From the NCBI GenBank assembly GCA_000004985.1, contig GG738863.1: DNA of 64,000 nucleotides, one strand, 5' to 3'. Numbering within the stretch: the first letter of the stretch is position 1; each line of letters opens with the position of its first letter. This stretch comes from Naegleria gruberi (lineage: Eukaryota). This document shows, piece after piece, positions 23,080-35,078 of the stretch. A program made the position numbers and the translations under genes. The notes below the pieces were generated by a model. The model worked only from the letters and a program-made list of their open reading frames with translations. It made no database searches and was not told where the DNA came from.

Positions 23080-23389
23080 TTTGTTTTTTTTGATATGGAT
23101 TATGATTGTGCAGTTGGCAATGAGTTTAAATAGTATTTGGATGAACAGCAAAGTCTTATTGCTGCTGAAGGTATCGGTTGAGTCAATGTCATTTCCTAAT
23201 TTATCCAATGCACATTTATCAAAATTCATTCTTTTAAAATTTGACTCTTTTTAATACTATTCTCAAAAGTGATTTGGTGCTTTGATTGAAACTTTACAAC
23301 TTTGATAACAAAATATAAAATGAATTTCACCAGAGGAAGAATGACAAGAACCGTTCTATTTAATTTATTAAATCAATTTTATAATGTAT

Positions 23390-24802
23390 TTATGGAACTA
23401 TCTTGTCTCTAATCTCCTTTGGTAGGGACATTTGGGTTATGTTGCATTGAGAGGCTCGGATAGATTTCAAATATTTACAATTTTTAGAAAGTATTGTAAT
23501 GCCATTATTTGTAACTGGATTTCCACTAATATCAAGATACTCCAAGTATGGTAATTCAGCTGATAATATTTCTACAAATCTGTCATTAATATCTTGGTCT
23601 GTGACTGTGAGACTTCTAAGGGCTTTGAATTTGAATAAGCTATCAATTGTTAATTGAGGAGAACGATTAATAATGAGCTCATTCAATTCGCATGCAACTT
23701 CCGTAGAGCCCTCAATCGATACGTTTTCAATCAATCCTAGTTTGAGTTTCTTCAAAGAAGGTATTGCTAACAGAGAAGTAAATGAATAACCAAGTCCACA
23801 CGAGATGAATTCTGCTGTTCTTATCGAACGATTGGAAAGTCGCTTGAGCATTCCAGGATAAATATATTCGTGGTCGAGACTGAGAGTCACTAATTTTGGT
23901 CCAAGATTTGAAAAGAATTCAGCTTGTGCTCTTTCTGGTGGTGTATCGTAGACGGTAGCCCATCCATTCGCCGATCCACCATTTTCACCCTTAAGAACTG
24001 ATCTGACAGTTCTCAAATTTGGCCAATGCTTGATTGCTTCAGCGAACCTGAACACTGATGAAACACTAGTTTGAATATCTATCGTTGTCAAAGAAGGGGT
24101 ATTAATTGAAAAATCAATAATGTCCTGCTCCTTCAAATCTCCCTTCTTCAATGAATAACCTTTCCATCTCAATACTCTCAACTTGGGGAATTTAATCTTT
24201 TTGAAAACATCAAAATCATACATGAGATACTTGTCCTGTATGAGTTGAATCTCTTCCAATGTATTTGCCATTGCCTCCAAACAAATCCTTAGTGCCTCAG
24301 GTGGCAATAATGTATGTTTTGCAACCAATCCAGTAATTTTATCAATAGGCAGCAATTTCAATGTTTTCCTTGTTTGTGACAAGGCCTTCTCTTCATCAGC
24401 CACAGCAATATCAAACAATAATTTTGAAAATGGTTGTTTCATCACAATATTTGCTCCGTGAGCACCCATCGATTGAACCAGTCTTAATAACTCGGACCTT
24501 TGATAAGGTTTAGCAGGATCTAGCTCCAATTTTCTAAATAAAAACTTTGGTTTGCAATCTCTTTGGCCCGACCTAGTAAATTTTCCAAAATACAACATTA
24601 AAAACTTTTTACGATTCGATCCACATGATTGATCGAATTTTCCTCCATAAAACTCCAAAATTTTCAGCAATAATTCAATCGGAAGCTTGCATAAACTTCT
24701 CTTCAATTCCTCCTCCAGTGGAGGTGCCTTAGGGAGAGGCGTTTTATTCTTCCTCAAGTTTTGCAAATTTTGTTTCGAGTTTGAAGGAGTTACGAGAGGC
24801 AT
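23390..24802 (-). CDS. F-box/leucine-rich-repeat protein
   Basis: An F-box-like LPIELLLKILEF motif is near the N-terminus. C-terminal LRRs (LEYLDISGNPVTNNGITILSKNCKYLKSIRASQCNIT). The likely start is MPLVTPSN (ATG about 24802). The ORF-track start further upstream is in poly-A context. Confidence 0.5.
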   Translation of the reverse strand: MPLVTPSNSKQNLQNLRKNKTPLPKAPPLEEELKRSLCKLPIELLLKILEFYGGKFDQSCGSNRKKFLMLYFGKFTRSGQRDCKPKFLFRKLELDPAKPYQRSELLRLVQSMGAHGANIVMKQPFSKLLFDIAVADEEKALSQTRKTLKLLPIDKITGLVAKHTLLPPEALRICLEAMANTLEEIQLIQDKYLMYDFDVFKKIKFPKLRVLRWKGYSLKKGDLKEQDIIDFSINTPSLTTIDIQTSVSSVFRFAEAIKHWPNLRTVRSVLKGENGGSANGWATVYDTPPERAQAEFFSNLGPKLVTLSLDHEYIYPGMLKRLSNRSIRTAEFISCGLGYSFTSLLAIPSLKKLKLGLIENVSIEGSTEVACELNELIINRSPQLTIDSLFKFKALRSLTVTDQDINDRFVEILSAELPYLEYLDISGNPVTNNGITILSKNCKYLKSIRASQCNITQMSLPKEIRDKIVP

Positions 24803-25056
24803 TTTTTCTCTTGCTTGAAAGTTAGTTTTTTCAAAGCAGCAAATGGCGGCTTTTTTTTCTGATGACAAATTAAAGAGCAACGTTTGGAGTAACGGTTCTT
24901 TAATATATTGAGCTTTTCATTTGGTTTGTTCAATGTTTGTTGAGTTACTGGAGGAGATTACAGTACTGTATTTGGTAAGGTTATGTGAAGAATGGGATGG
25001 ATTCTTCATTCCTCTATGGAATGATGTAATTTTGGTATTAATATATTAGTTAGTTA

Positions 25057-25776
25057 TTAAGATTTGTAACGGGTATTGTAATAGATGGATGGTATAATAT
25101 AGAGTACTCTTCTCCAATCTATTTGAGTTTGATTGTTGTGGGTTTGAATTGTTAATTTCCAATTCTTATTGAGATAGGTATTTTCACTTGCTTTAATAGT
25201 TCCATAAATGGTATTACTAGTGGTTGATTTAATATTGTAATTATTCCACACAGTGTCATATTTTTCAATAATTAAATTTAAATTATTATTTTCATCATAG
25301 ATTTTGTAATTCATCAAATCGTAATTAATTTTACCAAAATATAAAAATGGAATTTCACTTGAATTTTGGCATTTGTTTAATTCCACTTTAAATGTATTCA
25401 AAGATAATGAAATTAATCTTCCATCAATACTTCCTTGATCCAAATTTGTTATTAAATCAATTCTCGAAGGAATTGCCCAACTTCTATATTTGAATTTTCC
25501 AATTAAATTTCCTTTTTTGAATAAATTAAATACCAAATTATTATTTAATTCAATATCAATAACAGTTCCATATTCAAATGATTTTAATTCATCGGTACTG
25601 TAACAATAAACTGGTGGTTGACTATTTAAAATACCAATCGGAATGACAACAATTCCAATAATAGCCAAAACAGAACAAATTATTATTGTTGAAATTAGTG
25701 TTACGATTAATTGTTTTCGTTTACGTTGTGTGGAGGTTTGATAATCATGTGATAGCAGAGGTTTCCGTGTTGACAT
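25057..25776 (-). CDS. Hypothetical type-II membrane protein (single TM after a basic N-terminus)
   Basis: MSTRKPLLSHDYQTSTQRKRKQLIVTLISTIIICSVLAIIGIVVIPIGIL... The extracellular remainder is Asn-rich. Confidence 0.4.
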   Translation of the reverse strand: MSTRKPLLSHDYQTSTQRKRKQLIVTLISTIIICSVLAIIGIVVIPIGILNSQPPVYCYSTDELKSFEYGTVIDIELNNNLVFNLFKKGNLIGKFKYRSWAIPSRIDLITNLDQGSIDGRLISLSLNTFKVELNKCQNSSEIPFLYFGKINYDLMNYKIYDENNNLNLIIEKYDTVWNNYNIKSTTSNTIYGTIKASENTYLNKNWKLTIQTHNNQTQIDWRRVLYIIPSIYYNTRYKS

Positions 25777-26055
25777 TTTTTTTGAACATGTCACAACTTG
25801 ACAAACAAATAAGGACATGTGATCTACAGTGCATTTACAGATGAGATTAACAAGTGTTACAATCAAAACATTTTTCTCCTAATTTTTGCTAATTTGTGAT
25901 ATTGGAGCAAAATCCAATTTGAATTTGATTGAAATTCTTGCAAAAATTCGAACTGCAATCAACTAGAACAAAACTAATCAACAGCTTCTCATTGGCTATT
26001 TAATTAAAGGTCTCATTGTTTTTTCAACAACACATATAATATCATCCATAAAAAA

Positions 26056-26568
26056 ATGTCCCATCTCACAATTGCCCTTCGATCTCTGTTGGCCCTCACC
26101 ACACTCCAAAGCACATCCTTCTTCCTCGGAGCTCTCAAAATTAAAATCAAACAATGGCTCATGTTTAATTCGTGTGCAGTTGCCAATTATTCATTACTTG
26201 CTGCCTTGGCTTCTTCACATGTTTTAGATGAAAACTATTCGAGAATGATGGTACATGCTAGCTTACCTGGATTGATGTATTATGGAGGATTGGGATTAGT
26301 GGTTTTCCCGTGGAAACTTGGAATGAATTTAATTCCTCAATTTTCACATTTGATCATGAGTGCCAATGTTCTGATGGAATTGAACAAGACATTGGCAGTT
26401 GGAGATTTTGAGAATGCATTTAAGGGAACCATGTTGGGTTTATTGTTTTGGTTACCTTTCATTTTCATTCAGAATAAGTACTTGTATTCACATCAGGAGG
26501 AAGCAAGTGAAATTTTATGGAATCCAGAAGAAAGAATGAAAAAGATGGGCATTATCAAGTCTGAATAA
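26056..26568 (+). CDS. Hypothetical small multi-pass membrane protein
   Basis: 170 aa with 3-4 hydrophobic segments. No family recognised. Confidence 0.4.
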   Translation: MSHLTIALRSLLALTTLQSTSFFLGALKIKIKQWLMFNSCAVANYSLLAALASSHVLDENYSRMMVHASLPGLMYYGGLGLVVFPWKLGMNLIPQFSHLIMSANVLMELNKTLAVGDFENAFKGTMLGLLFWLPFIFIQNKYLYSHQEEASEILWNPEERMKKMGIIKSE

Positions 26569-26934
26569 TCGAGTGGAAACACAAAATTCAAGAATGTTTC
26601 ATGTAAATTTATCAAAATAAACCAGAATCAAAGAATTTGACCCAAACAATTTCAATGATCTCAAGACTATCCTCTTATCAATTTTTAAAGCACCAACTGC
26701 TAATTGGAGATTTTTTGTAATCTATTGGTGATGGTCATGTAGATCATTTGAGGATGGCGGTGTAGAGTGGAGTCCTTTCCTCTTTGATCCAACGAAATCT
26801 CAATACACTGCCAAAATTCAAGCAAAATTCACTCAAAATAACATTGTGCAGGTAAGGAAATTCGAAACTGCCACTGTTTATTGCGACACACTTATGAGAA
26901 AACTAATTGATTGATTATATATACATTGGAAATT

Positions 26935-27805
26935 TTAATGATTGGTCATCCACTTTTCTGTAATGTACTTTTCCATTAATTGTAAAGATTCTTCCTTAAT
27001 CAAGCCATGTCCATCCTTAACTTGAGAAATTTCAACACTCCTCTCAGAAAATCCATTTTCTTCAATTGATTTTACGAATTTCAAACTATTTCCATAAGGA
27101 ATAACTTTATCTTCACTTCCATGAATGATGAAAACTCGTTGATTGCCTTCTTGATCATCCTTTCTAATCAACAATTCTTTTGGTAAAGGGAATATTGGAT
27201 GCTCCAACAAATCTTTCAAATGTGAGGATTTGATATTTCTATTCTCATTATACTTGTAATTAAATACTGGAATAGCTCCTAATTTTTCCCATTTTTCAAG
27301 TGTAATGAAAGATTGCCAAACTCCTTGAATGTCAAATGCTGGAGCTAATAAGAGAAGTGAATCAATAATACCAGGATAAAGTTGTGCAAATCTACATGCA
27401 GTAAAACCTCCCAGAGAACTAGCCACCACTCTCCATTTAATATTTTTCTATTTTAACATTTTACAATATTATTAAATATTATTAAATATTATTTAACAAA
27501 ATAATTGCACTAACCTCACCATCCCGAACAATGAAAATTTCCTCCTTTAAATAATTTAACATATTTGTGACGGTAAGATCTTCAAAAGTTGGTACATTCA
27601 AATCGGGACACACCATTTCAATATTATATTTATCTTCCATAAATTGTTTCAAATGAACAGCCTTCTCAGTTTGAGGTGATGAGGCAAATCCATGAAGGAA
27701 TGCATATCGATATTCAATATTGGAACAAGATGGGGAGGACATTGGGAATTTTTTTGTGTTTGAAAAAGTAAATTGTCGGATATTTAAGTGCATTGAAATG
27801 TTCAA
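26935..27805 (-). CDS. Alpha/beta-hydrolase, esterase YqiA (UPF0227)-like; 2 exons joined by an about 44-nt intron (GTTAGT...AATAG) containing a tandem TATTAAATAT repeat
   Basis: Exon 1 reads ...YRYAFLHGFASSPQTEKAVHLKQF...IVRDGE, where LHGF.SSP is the YqiA hallmark. Exon 2 reads KNIKWRVVASSLGGFTACRFAQ (nucleophile elbow SLGG) ...IIHGSEDKVIPY...DGHGL (His). Confidence 0.65.
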
Positions 27806-28378
27806 TTAATGTTGAGATTTTTTGAACGACCGTAGCAAATTCGAGAAGATTATGGACGATGAGTGAGCACTTTGGTTTTCTGTGAAGTTTCTTCATAAAA
27901 ACTCCACACATATCCTTCCGATTGTTGAACAAAAGAAAATTGGAAAGTTCTTGATTAATTCACTAACAATCTCATTATTAGGATGATGAGAGAATGTTCT
28001 TTAAGGATTTGGTTCATTGATCCACAATGTTCCTTCTCCTCTTTGCAGAGTTTTGCAGCTCCTTGTACTTTGGTTGTAACTCTTCGTATTTGTGCAATTC
28101 GTCATACTTCATTTGGAGGGTTCTTTCTTCTGCATTCTCTTCAGGAATTGAAAGATTAAATTGTATCATTTTGATGAGCAACCTAACATGATTATGTCAA
28201 TAGTACTACTCCAACACAGAAAGTGGATATTCGAAAGTTGTAAAAAATTGTGAGAAACCATCAAAATCAATTAAGGACAAAACATCACTCAATTAGTTCG
28301 CACAAACTGAAACCACTTTCTTGGAGTAATATTTCGGTAAATGTCTAAATATGTAATAGTTTCAAATTAATTGAAAAA

Positions 28379-29253
28379 ATGAAAAAAGTGATTAAACAAT
28401 TTCGAATAACATCAAGCTTAAACAGGTGCAACAACGGAAAGAAATTTTGCTTCTATTCTCTGAGTCATGAATCAACTCCTGAATTGTTGGAAGAAATTGC
28501 ATTTCAAAATCATTACGAACAACATGCTCCTCTAAAAACTTATGAAAATTTGAATAATCCTCATAGAAAACTATACGAAAGGAAATCATATCTTGAATCA
28601 AAATATGTAACTGAAAAACGAGAACCCAAAACTTTCACAGACAAGCTTGCCAAAGGAATTGTAACGTGTATCAAAGCAATGATTGAATTATACTTTGGTA
28701 AGAGTAGGTACTTTCCAATAATCCATTTCTAATACTATAATTTTCCAAAAACTGTATAGATTATATGCAACATGCCATGTGTCTGGAAGCAATAGCTAGT
28801 ATTCCACCTCTCATCTTGGGAGTTATCAAACATTTTTCATTCGTCTTGAAAATGGACTACAAGGAATGCTTTGAATCAAATGCTCTTTTTGAGGAGGCTG
28901 AAAATGAAAGGATGCATCTAATGATTTGGCTTCAATTGTGTAAACCAACTAGATTGGATAGAGTCTTGGTTTTTCTTTCACAGTTTAGTTTTGCATGGTT
29001 CATATTGATTTCCAATATCATTTCTCCAAAATTTGTTAACAAATTATTGGAATATTTGGAGGAGGCATCCATTGATTCGTATACAGAATTTATGAAAGCC
29101 ATAGATAATGGAAATTACAAGCATGTTCCAATTCCAGAAATAGCCCTCGAATACTATCACATGGTTCCTCATACAGTTACTTTGAAAGATGTGGTTCTTT
29201 CCATAAGGGCAGATGAAGTTTACCATAGAGATTTTCACTTTAGGTTGCAATAA
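28379..29253 (+). CDS. aox: Alternative oxidase (AOX), mitochondrial; 2 exons (intron about 28697..28759, GTAAGA...TATAG)
   Basis: Di-iron carboxylate motifs: HAMCLEAIASIPP (compare RAMMLETVAAVPG), LFEEAENERMHLM, LEYLEEASIDSYTEFM (LEEEA...Y), RADEVYHRDFHF (RADEA.HR..NH). The splice restores ...IELYF-D-YMQHAMCLE. Confidence 0.85.
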
Positions 29254-29271
29254 ATTTGAAGTAAACTTCTT

Positions 29272-30222
29272 TTATACTTCTGCTTTGTCTTTGATTTCTT
29301 GATCATTTTTCAATTCCACACTCAGATATCTGTAAATTTCTTTAGTAATATCTAACAATTCCAAAATGAAAGTTTTATCTTCCCTCAATTCACGTCCCAT
29401 GATATGATAAAACTTTTCTTCCTTTGTTTTCTGAAATGCAATCCTAAACAAATCTCTATCGTTTTCCATTCCGGGAACATTCACTCTACGTGCTTGGAAG
29501 ATAAAATCACGCAACGCATAAGGATTTTCTGATAGAATATCCTCTAAACAATTTCTATCGTTAAGAAGTGAATTAATGATATCAGAGTCAATGTATTCCA
29601 TTACTTCTGCTCTTCCCTTAATTGCCTTGATAGCAAGATCTCTATCTCTTTTCAATCGATTGCTTGCAAATTGAAGAGCCAAACCAGAAGTTTTAATAGC
29701 ATTCAATACTACTTCTTCATCATTTCTCAACTCTTCACTTGCATATTTCAAACTAAAGGCCGATTTTTCCAATACTTTACAAACAAATTCTCTGTCTCCT
29801 CTCAAATCATCAGGAACCAATGAAAATCCATCGATAATATCACCCTCCACCGAAGCTAAAATCACCTCCCTATCCCTCTTCAACTCATCACTCACTTCAG
29901 AGTAAGTGTACACTGATTTTTTCAAGCCTTCGATAACAACCTGCCTATCAGCCAGAAATTCCTTGGAAAGATCTCGATACTCCCACGCAGTCTTGCCAAT
30001 CAAAAAACTAAATGATGCCAAGGAATTATACTTTTTAATAGCCTCTAATAATATTTCTCTCTTTTGAAAACGGTCCATCTTTTCCCTTATTGTTAATTTG
30101 TAATGTTCTTCGAGTAGATTGATGGTAAGAGGCTGGGAAGTAATTTCTTCTCCAGTTTCGTCATTTTCCGAATTATTGGAACTTTGTGTATGGATGATTA
30201 AATCGTCGACTGCTTTTTGCAT
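29272..30222 (-). CDS. DUF4116 repeat protein
   Basis: Repeated units of about 38 aa of the DUF4116 type: ELKRDREVILASV..., DLRGDREFVCKVLEKSAFSLKYASEELRNDEEVVLNAIKTSGLALQFASNRLKRDRDLAIKAIK. Confidence 0.55.
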   Translation of the reverse strand: MQKAVDDLIIHTQSSNNSENDETGEEITSQPLTINLLEEHYKLTIREKMDRFQKREILLEAIKKYNSLASFSFLIGKTAWEYRDLSKEFLADRQVVIEGLKKSVYTYSEVSDELKRDREVILASVEGDIIDGFSLVPDDLRGDREFVCKVLEKSAFSLKYASEELRNDEEVVLNAIKTSGLALQFASNRLKRDRDLAIKAIKGRAEVMEYIDSDIINSLLNDRNCLEDILSENPYALRDFIFQARRVNVPGMENDRDLFRIAFQKTKEEKFYHIMGRELREDKTFILELLDITKEIYRYLSVELKNDQEIKDKAEV

Positions 30223-30379
30223 TTTTTTTTAAAGTTTTCTCAGAACAAGATTGGATTTTGTAATCATTAAATATAATCACATTTTGTAAAGTATTGAACA
30301 ACTATTTAATTTTCTAATTATTGTTATTTACTTCACCTTCAAAAATTGTTTTTTTAAGAAAATATTAATTTAAAAAAAA

Positions 30380-31436
30380 ATGGTGCACAATCAACAACAG
30401 CAACCACGAGGTGGTGATCAATATGATGATGACGAGGAATATGACGACTATGAACAATCGGAACAATCATACAACAATCAAGGATCATCGGATCAACCAA
30501 GAATTAAAAAATCAAACAAGATTAATGTTTGGGGAAATTCATCAACCATGAATATTACTCCCTATTTATATAAAAAGGTTTTGGCATCACCTTATTTTAA
30601 ATCATTGTATGAATACAAGACATATCATGAAGTTTTGGATTTAATTAAAAATATTAAATATATTCATCCATTTACTGATGGAGATACAAATGCAGAGCCT
30701 AGTATTGCATTTTCACTTTTATTCAAGTTGCATACATTGAAATTATCATATAAACAATTGAAGGGAATGTTACAAAAGGATATGTCAACAAATACAAAAG
30801 CTATGGCCTTGCTTTATGTGAGATTTGCTGTACAACCTGATGAAATGTGGGATTATTTTAGAGATTTTGTCAATGATGAAAATAATACTGTGAATATTTA
30901 TACGAAAAGAATGTAAGTTTAATTTTCGATTAATTATTAAATTTTCTTAATTTAATTATAATAATCGATTCAATAGTTCGTTGGGAGAATTTGTCAGGTC
31001 ATTAATTACAAATCAAAAATTATTTGGATCTCAATGTATTCTTCCAATATTGCCAGCAAATTTAGTGAGAAGAATGGAAGATTCTGATGAATTTTCTCAA
31101 TCATACCAAAAGAATAAGAGAAAGTATTATGAGAAGGATTATTCGGATAGGAGATCTTCATCATCTTATCAATCGGATTACTCAAGAAAGAAGCAAAAAT
31201 CTGATTCTAATACCACTCAACCATCTAAGAGCAATACAGAAACAGCAAACTCAGAGAAAGAAGATTTTGAACCTGCTGAATCTAGATTTTCAAAACCAAC
31301 CTTCGCCAAGACAGCCAATAATTCTCAATCATATTCGAAAAAATATGGAGCTATCACAAAGGAATACACAACCAATATAAGTTTTTCAAAAAAGGACATT
31401 ACTGAAGTCGAAACAGTAAAGCTCAGTAAAGACTAA
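30380..31436 (+). CDS. Pre-mRNA-splicing factor 38 (PRP38/PRPF38B-like); 2 exons (intron about 30915..30977, GTAAGT...CAATAG)
   Basis: VWGNSSTMNITPYLYKKVLASPYFKSLYEYKTYHEVLDLI...EPSIAFSLLFKLHTLKLSYKQLKGML...AMALLYVRFAVQPDEMWDYFRDF matches PRPF38B (IWGN.ETMN...SPYFK.LYELKTYHEV...AFCLLYKLFTLKLT.KQ...ALGFMYIRY...LWDWF). Exon 2 reads LGEFVRSLITNQKLFGSQCILPILP with a Ser/Arg/Lys-rich tail. The M at 30981 in the ORF track is a TTG. Confidence 0.8.
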
Positions 31437-31516
31437 TGTAAATATTCATGAAATTATTTTTTTTAATATTTTATTTTAGATTTAATAAATTAAAACTAGT
31501 GATTAGTGATTCAGAA

Positions 31517-34368
31517 TCAGATTTTAAAGTATTTGACACAGATACGACCGATAACACGGAGGATGTAACTGAATGGAATACACAAAATACCCAATACAAT
31601 ACAGACGAGCCATTGATACCAGTTGAGTGGGACAGTGTTAGTGAATCTACCACAGAATTGGACAATGATTGCTTGCATAATACCAGTGAAGAAGAAGATG
31701 ACAATAAACATCCATGACTTGTGAATGGATTCGAAGATGTTCCATTCGTTGTTAATCTTTCTACTGTTGAGTTCGTTGAAAAGTTGGCAGAAGACAAAAG
31801 CATTGAAAACAATAGTATTGTTGACTTCAGAGGCAGAGTAATCTCCAACAGCAGTAGCAAGACATTTACCATCATAACACAAGTATTGATAACCAGTATA
31901 GTAGAGACCCAAAAGGACAACCAATTGATATAAACCTTGACCAATAATGTGAATCCACATATTCTTAGTAATCAAACCATCATTTCTACCGTATGGCTTT
32001 CTGTCCAACAATTCTGGAATTGGAGGTTCAGTTGCGAGGGCCAAAGCAGCAAAGGTGTCCATGATCAAGTTAACCCACAAAAGTTGGATAGCAGTCAATG
32101 GAGGATCCATATGCTTACTATGAGAACCAGCTGGTGGACTAATAATGAATGAGGTCAAAGCAGTAATGACAGTAACCAACAAAGCACAAACGTTAACAGT
32201 CAATTGGAAGACTAAGAATTTACGAATATTTTCATAAATAGTTCTTCCCCACAAGACAGACTTGATAATAGAGCTAAAGTTATCATCCATAATAATAATA
32301 TCAGAGGCTTCCTTAGCAATTTGAGTACCAGCAATACCCATACTCAAACCAACATCAGCTTCCTTAAGAGCAGGACCATCGTTAGTACCGTCACCAGTAA
32401 CAGCAACAACTTCACCGAGAGCTCTGAGTCTCTTAACTAACTTAAACTTATCAGTTGGAGAAGATCTAGCCATAACTTGGAGTCTTGGCAAGATATCATC
32501 AATTTGATACATTGTCTACAGCATCATAACTTCACACGCAATGGATCCTTAATACCGACAATAGCAATCAAAGTAGAACCATTTTCAATAGCTTCTTGAT
32601 CTTCGAAATCTTCATTTCCTCTCAAATCCTTATAGGCCAAAGTCAAAGTTCTCAAACCTTGAGAAGCCATATTTTCAATATCTTGCATCCACTTCTTCTT
32701 TTCAGATTCGGACAAAGCAGAAACTGAACCATCCTTCAAAATTTGACTAGTACACAAACCCAAAACAATTTCAGAAGCACCCTTCAAGTACAATCTATGA
32801 GCACCTTCATCAGTCTTGACAATGACAGCCATTCTCTTCTTGGCAGATGAGAAGGTGTACAACTTTTCAATCTTATCATTTTCAGTATAATGCTTTCTAA
32901 TTGGAACATAATCAATACCCAAATCCTTCAAGAGAATCAAGAGAGAAGCTTCAGTCTTGTTACCACTGACTTCATATTCCTTCAAGGAACCAGTCTTTGG
33001 CTTGTTCAAAGAAGCCTTTGAGTTGACAGAAATACCGTGAGAAAGGACTTGAACAACCTTGGTATGCATTCCATCAGTATTATCTGGCAAACCATCAAGA
33101 TATTCTTCACCTGCAATGACAGCCTTGACAACTCTCATTTCGTTCAAAGTCAAAGTACCAGTCTTATCGGAACAAATGTTAGTAGCACCACCCATAGTTT
33201 CACAAGCTGACAAGTGTCTGACGAGATTGTTATCCTTCATCATCTTCTTGACAGAATAGGCCAAAGAAATAGTGACAGCCAATGGTAAACCTTCTGGAAC
33301 AGCAACGACGACAATAGTTACTGAAATAATAACAAATCCTACAATAGTACTAATATCAGACCAAGACCAAACATCGGTACCAACATTGGTTTGCCAAATC
33401 TTCTTAATCAACCAACCAGCCATCAAGACACAGAAAGTAGCAACAGCAAAACCAACACCGAATTTACCAATAAGAGTAGCCAAATCATCCAACTTGGCTT
33501 CAAGTGGAGTCTTGTCATCTTCATCATCAGCAGTAATCTTTGCCAATGTTTTACCCCATTCGGAGTTAACACCAACACAAGTAACTAACATTCTACCATA
33601 ACCTTCAGAAACAACTGTTCCGGAGAGAAGGAATGGAGCTTCGTCATTCTTCTTGATAAGATCAGTTTCACCAGTCATTACAGATTCATCAGTCTTCAAA
33701 TCGTGATATTCACAAATAACACCATCAGCTGGGACTTGATCACCTTGTTCAATTTCAACAATATCACCAACTACAATTTGACCAATTTGTACAGTACTTG
33801 TTTCACCATCACGGACAACTTTAATTTTGATGTCTTCGCTTTCCTTTGATAATTCTCTGAATTTACGTTCCTTTTGCCAATCGTTAACAGAGGCAACAGT
33901 GGAAACAATTAAAACGGCCAAAACAATGGCAAAACCTTCAATCCAACCGAATGGTCTGTCTTCTTCTCTTTCTGGGAAAGCAACACCCAAAACGATAGAG
34001 ACAACAGCTAATACTAATAAAACAATAAGAAGTGGATCTTGAATAGCTTCAAGGAAGAGTTTCCACAAAGGTACCATAGGTTTCTTTGGATATTCATTCT
34101 TACCAAATTGTTCTTGTCTGTCAGCTTCTTCAGCGAAGTGAATACCTTTTCTAAGATCAGTATTTAAAGCGTTAGCAAGACCTTCAGAACCTCCCAATTC
34201 TCTGAGAGCTAACACATCTCTACTTTCCAACAAGTCATCCAATTGTTGGAGAGTCACGCTATAGGAACCGTAGCTGTCCCTCATTTCTACGTCGCGTGGC
34301 ATTTTTTTTTGGGCTTTTTCATAGAAGGGGTGTTGGGTAATAAATATAACTGAAGAAGTTTGGCGCAA
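31517..34368 (-). CDS. P2B-type (PMCA-like) Ca2+-transporting P-type ATPase; apparently disrupted between ORFs 32524..34368 and 31517..32512 (see findings)
   Basis: Motifs present: DKTGTLT phosphorylation site, TGE-like actuator region, KGA(S)EIV, DPLR, and then MARSSPTDK...VAVTGDGTNDGPALKEADVGLSMGIAGT...DDNFSSI plus TM7-10. The likely start is MPRDVEMRD (ATG about 34303). Confidence 0.85.
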
Positions 34369-35078
34369 ATGATGTGTTGTGAAACAAAGGCTCTGTGCTT
34401 GTTGTATGAGAACAATGCAGCTTGTGGAAAGTATGCTCTTTGTCGAAAAACAAGAAGGGCAACCTCTAGCAGAGTAGATTCATTATTGAATGTTAAAAGA
34501 ATGTCTTTGAGAATGTTGTAGCGTGTTTAGCTCGCTCGTGTTATTTGAGGACCGTTTTGAAGCTCGAGCACAAATTTGTTGCCCCCAGAAGTAATCAACT
34601 CAGGAGCAGCATTTAGAGTTCCGTTTTATGGAAAGGTCGTGGATTTTCTCTTTGTTAACGCTCTCGCTTGGTTTTTGTGGGAGGGCGAAGAAAATGCTTG
34701 GATGAACACTGAAAATATAATCACATTTACAATAGAGATTCTATCTTCATATCAACAACCATCAGAATAGATTCCACACTGTAACTACCTACCTCTTGTG
34801 TGCTGCTGCTGTGATTCAATGATAATGTTGAACCACAGGGATCTACGGTTTTTTAACATGTTTGAAAGTATATTAATCTATTGAAAATAATATATGAAAT
34901 ATTGTCCAAGTATGGATTATACCACAGAACAGTTTTCGTGAACATATTGTTTGATACAAAAAAGTGCCTGACTTTATTTTTGGCCAGCAGGAGGATATTT
35001 TTGGTAAGGTTTTTTGATTTTTATTAAAAATTCAAATTTTAATTAATGCAAATTCACAACAACAATTAGAATCCATTC

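Noticed and set aside
27455-27500. Tandem direct repeat TATTAAATAT x2-3 (attattaaatattattaaatattatttaac)
   Set aside because: It lies inside the predicted about 44-nt intron of the YqiA-like esterase gene. It is a simple AT microsatellite typical of these introns, not a regulatory repeat or mobile-element terminus.
31448-31717. 89-aa acidic ORF on the plus strand, and ORF 31471..31944(-), overlapping the C-terminal TM9-10 of the Ca2+-ATPase
   Set aside because: They are antisense or off-frame to a strongly conserved P-type ATPase C-terminus and have no independent support.
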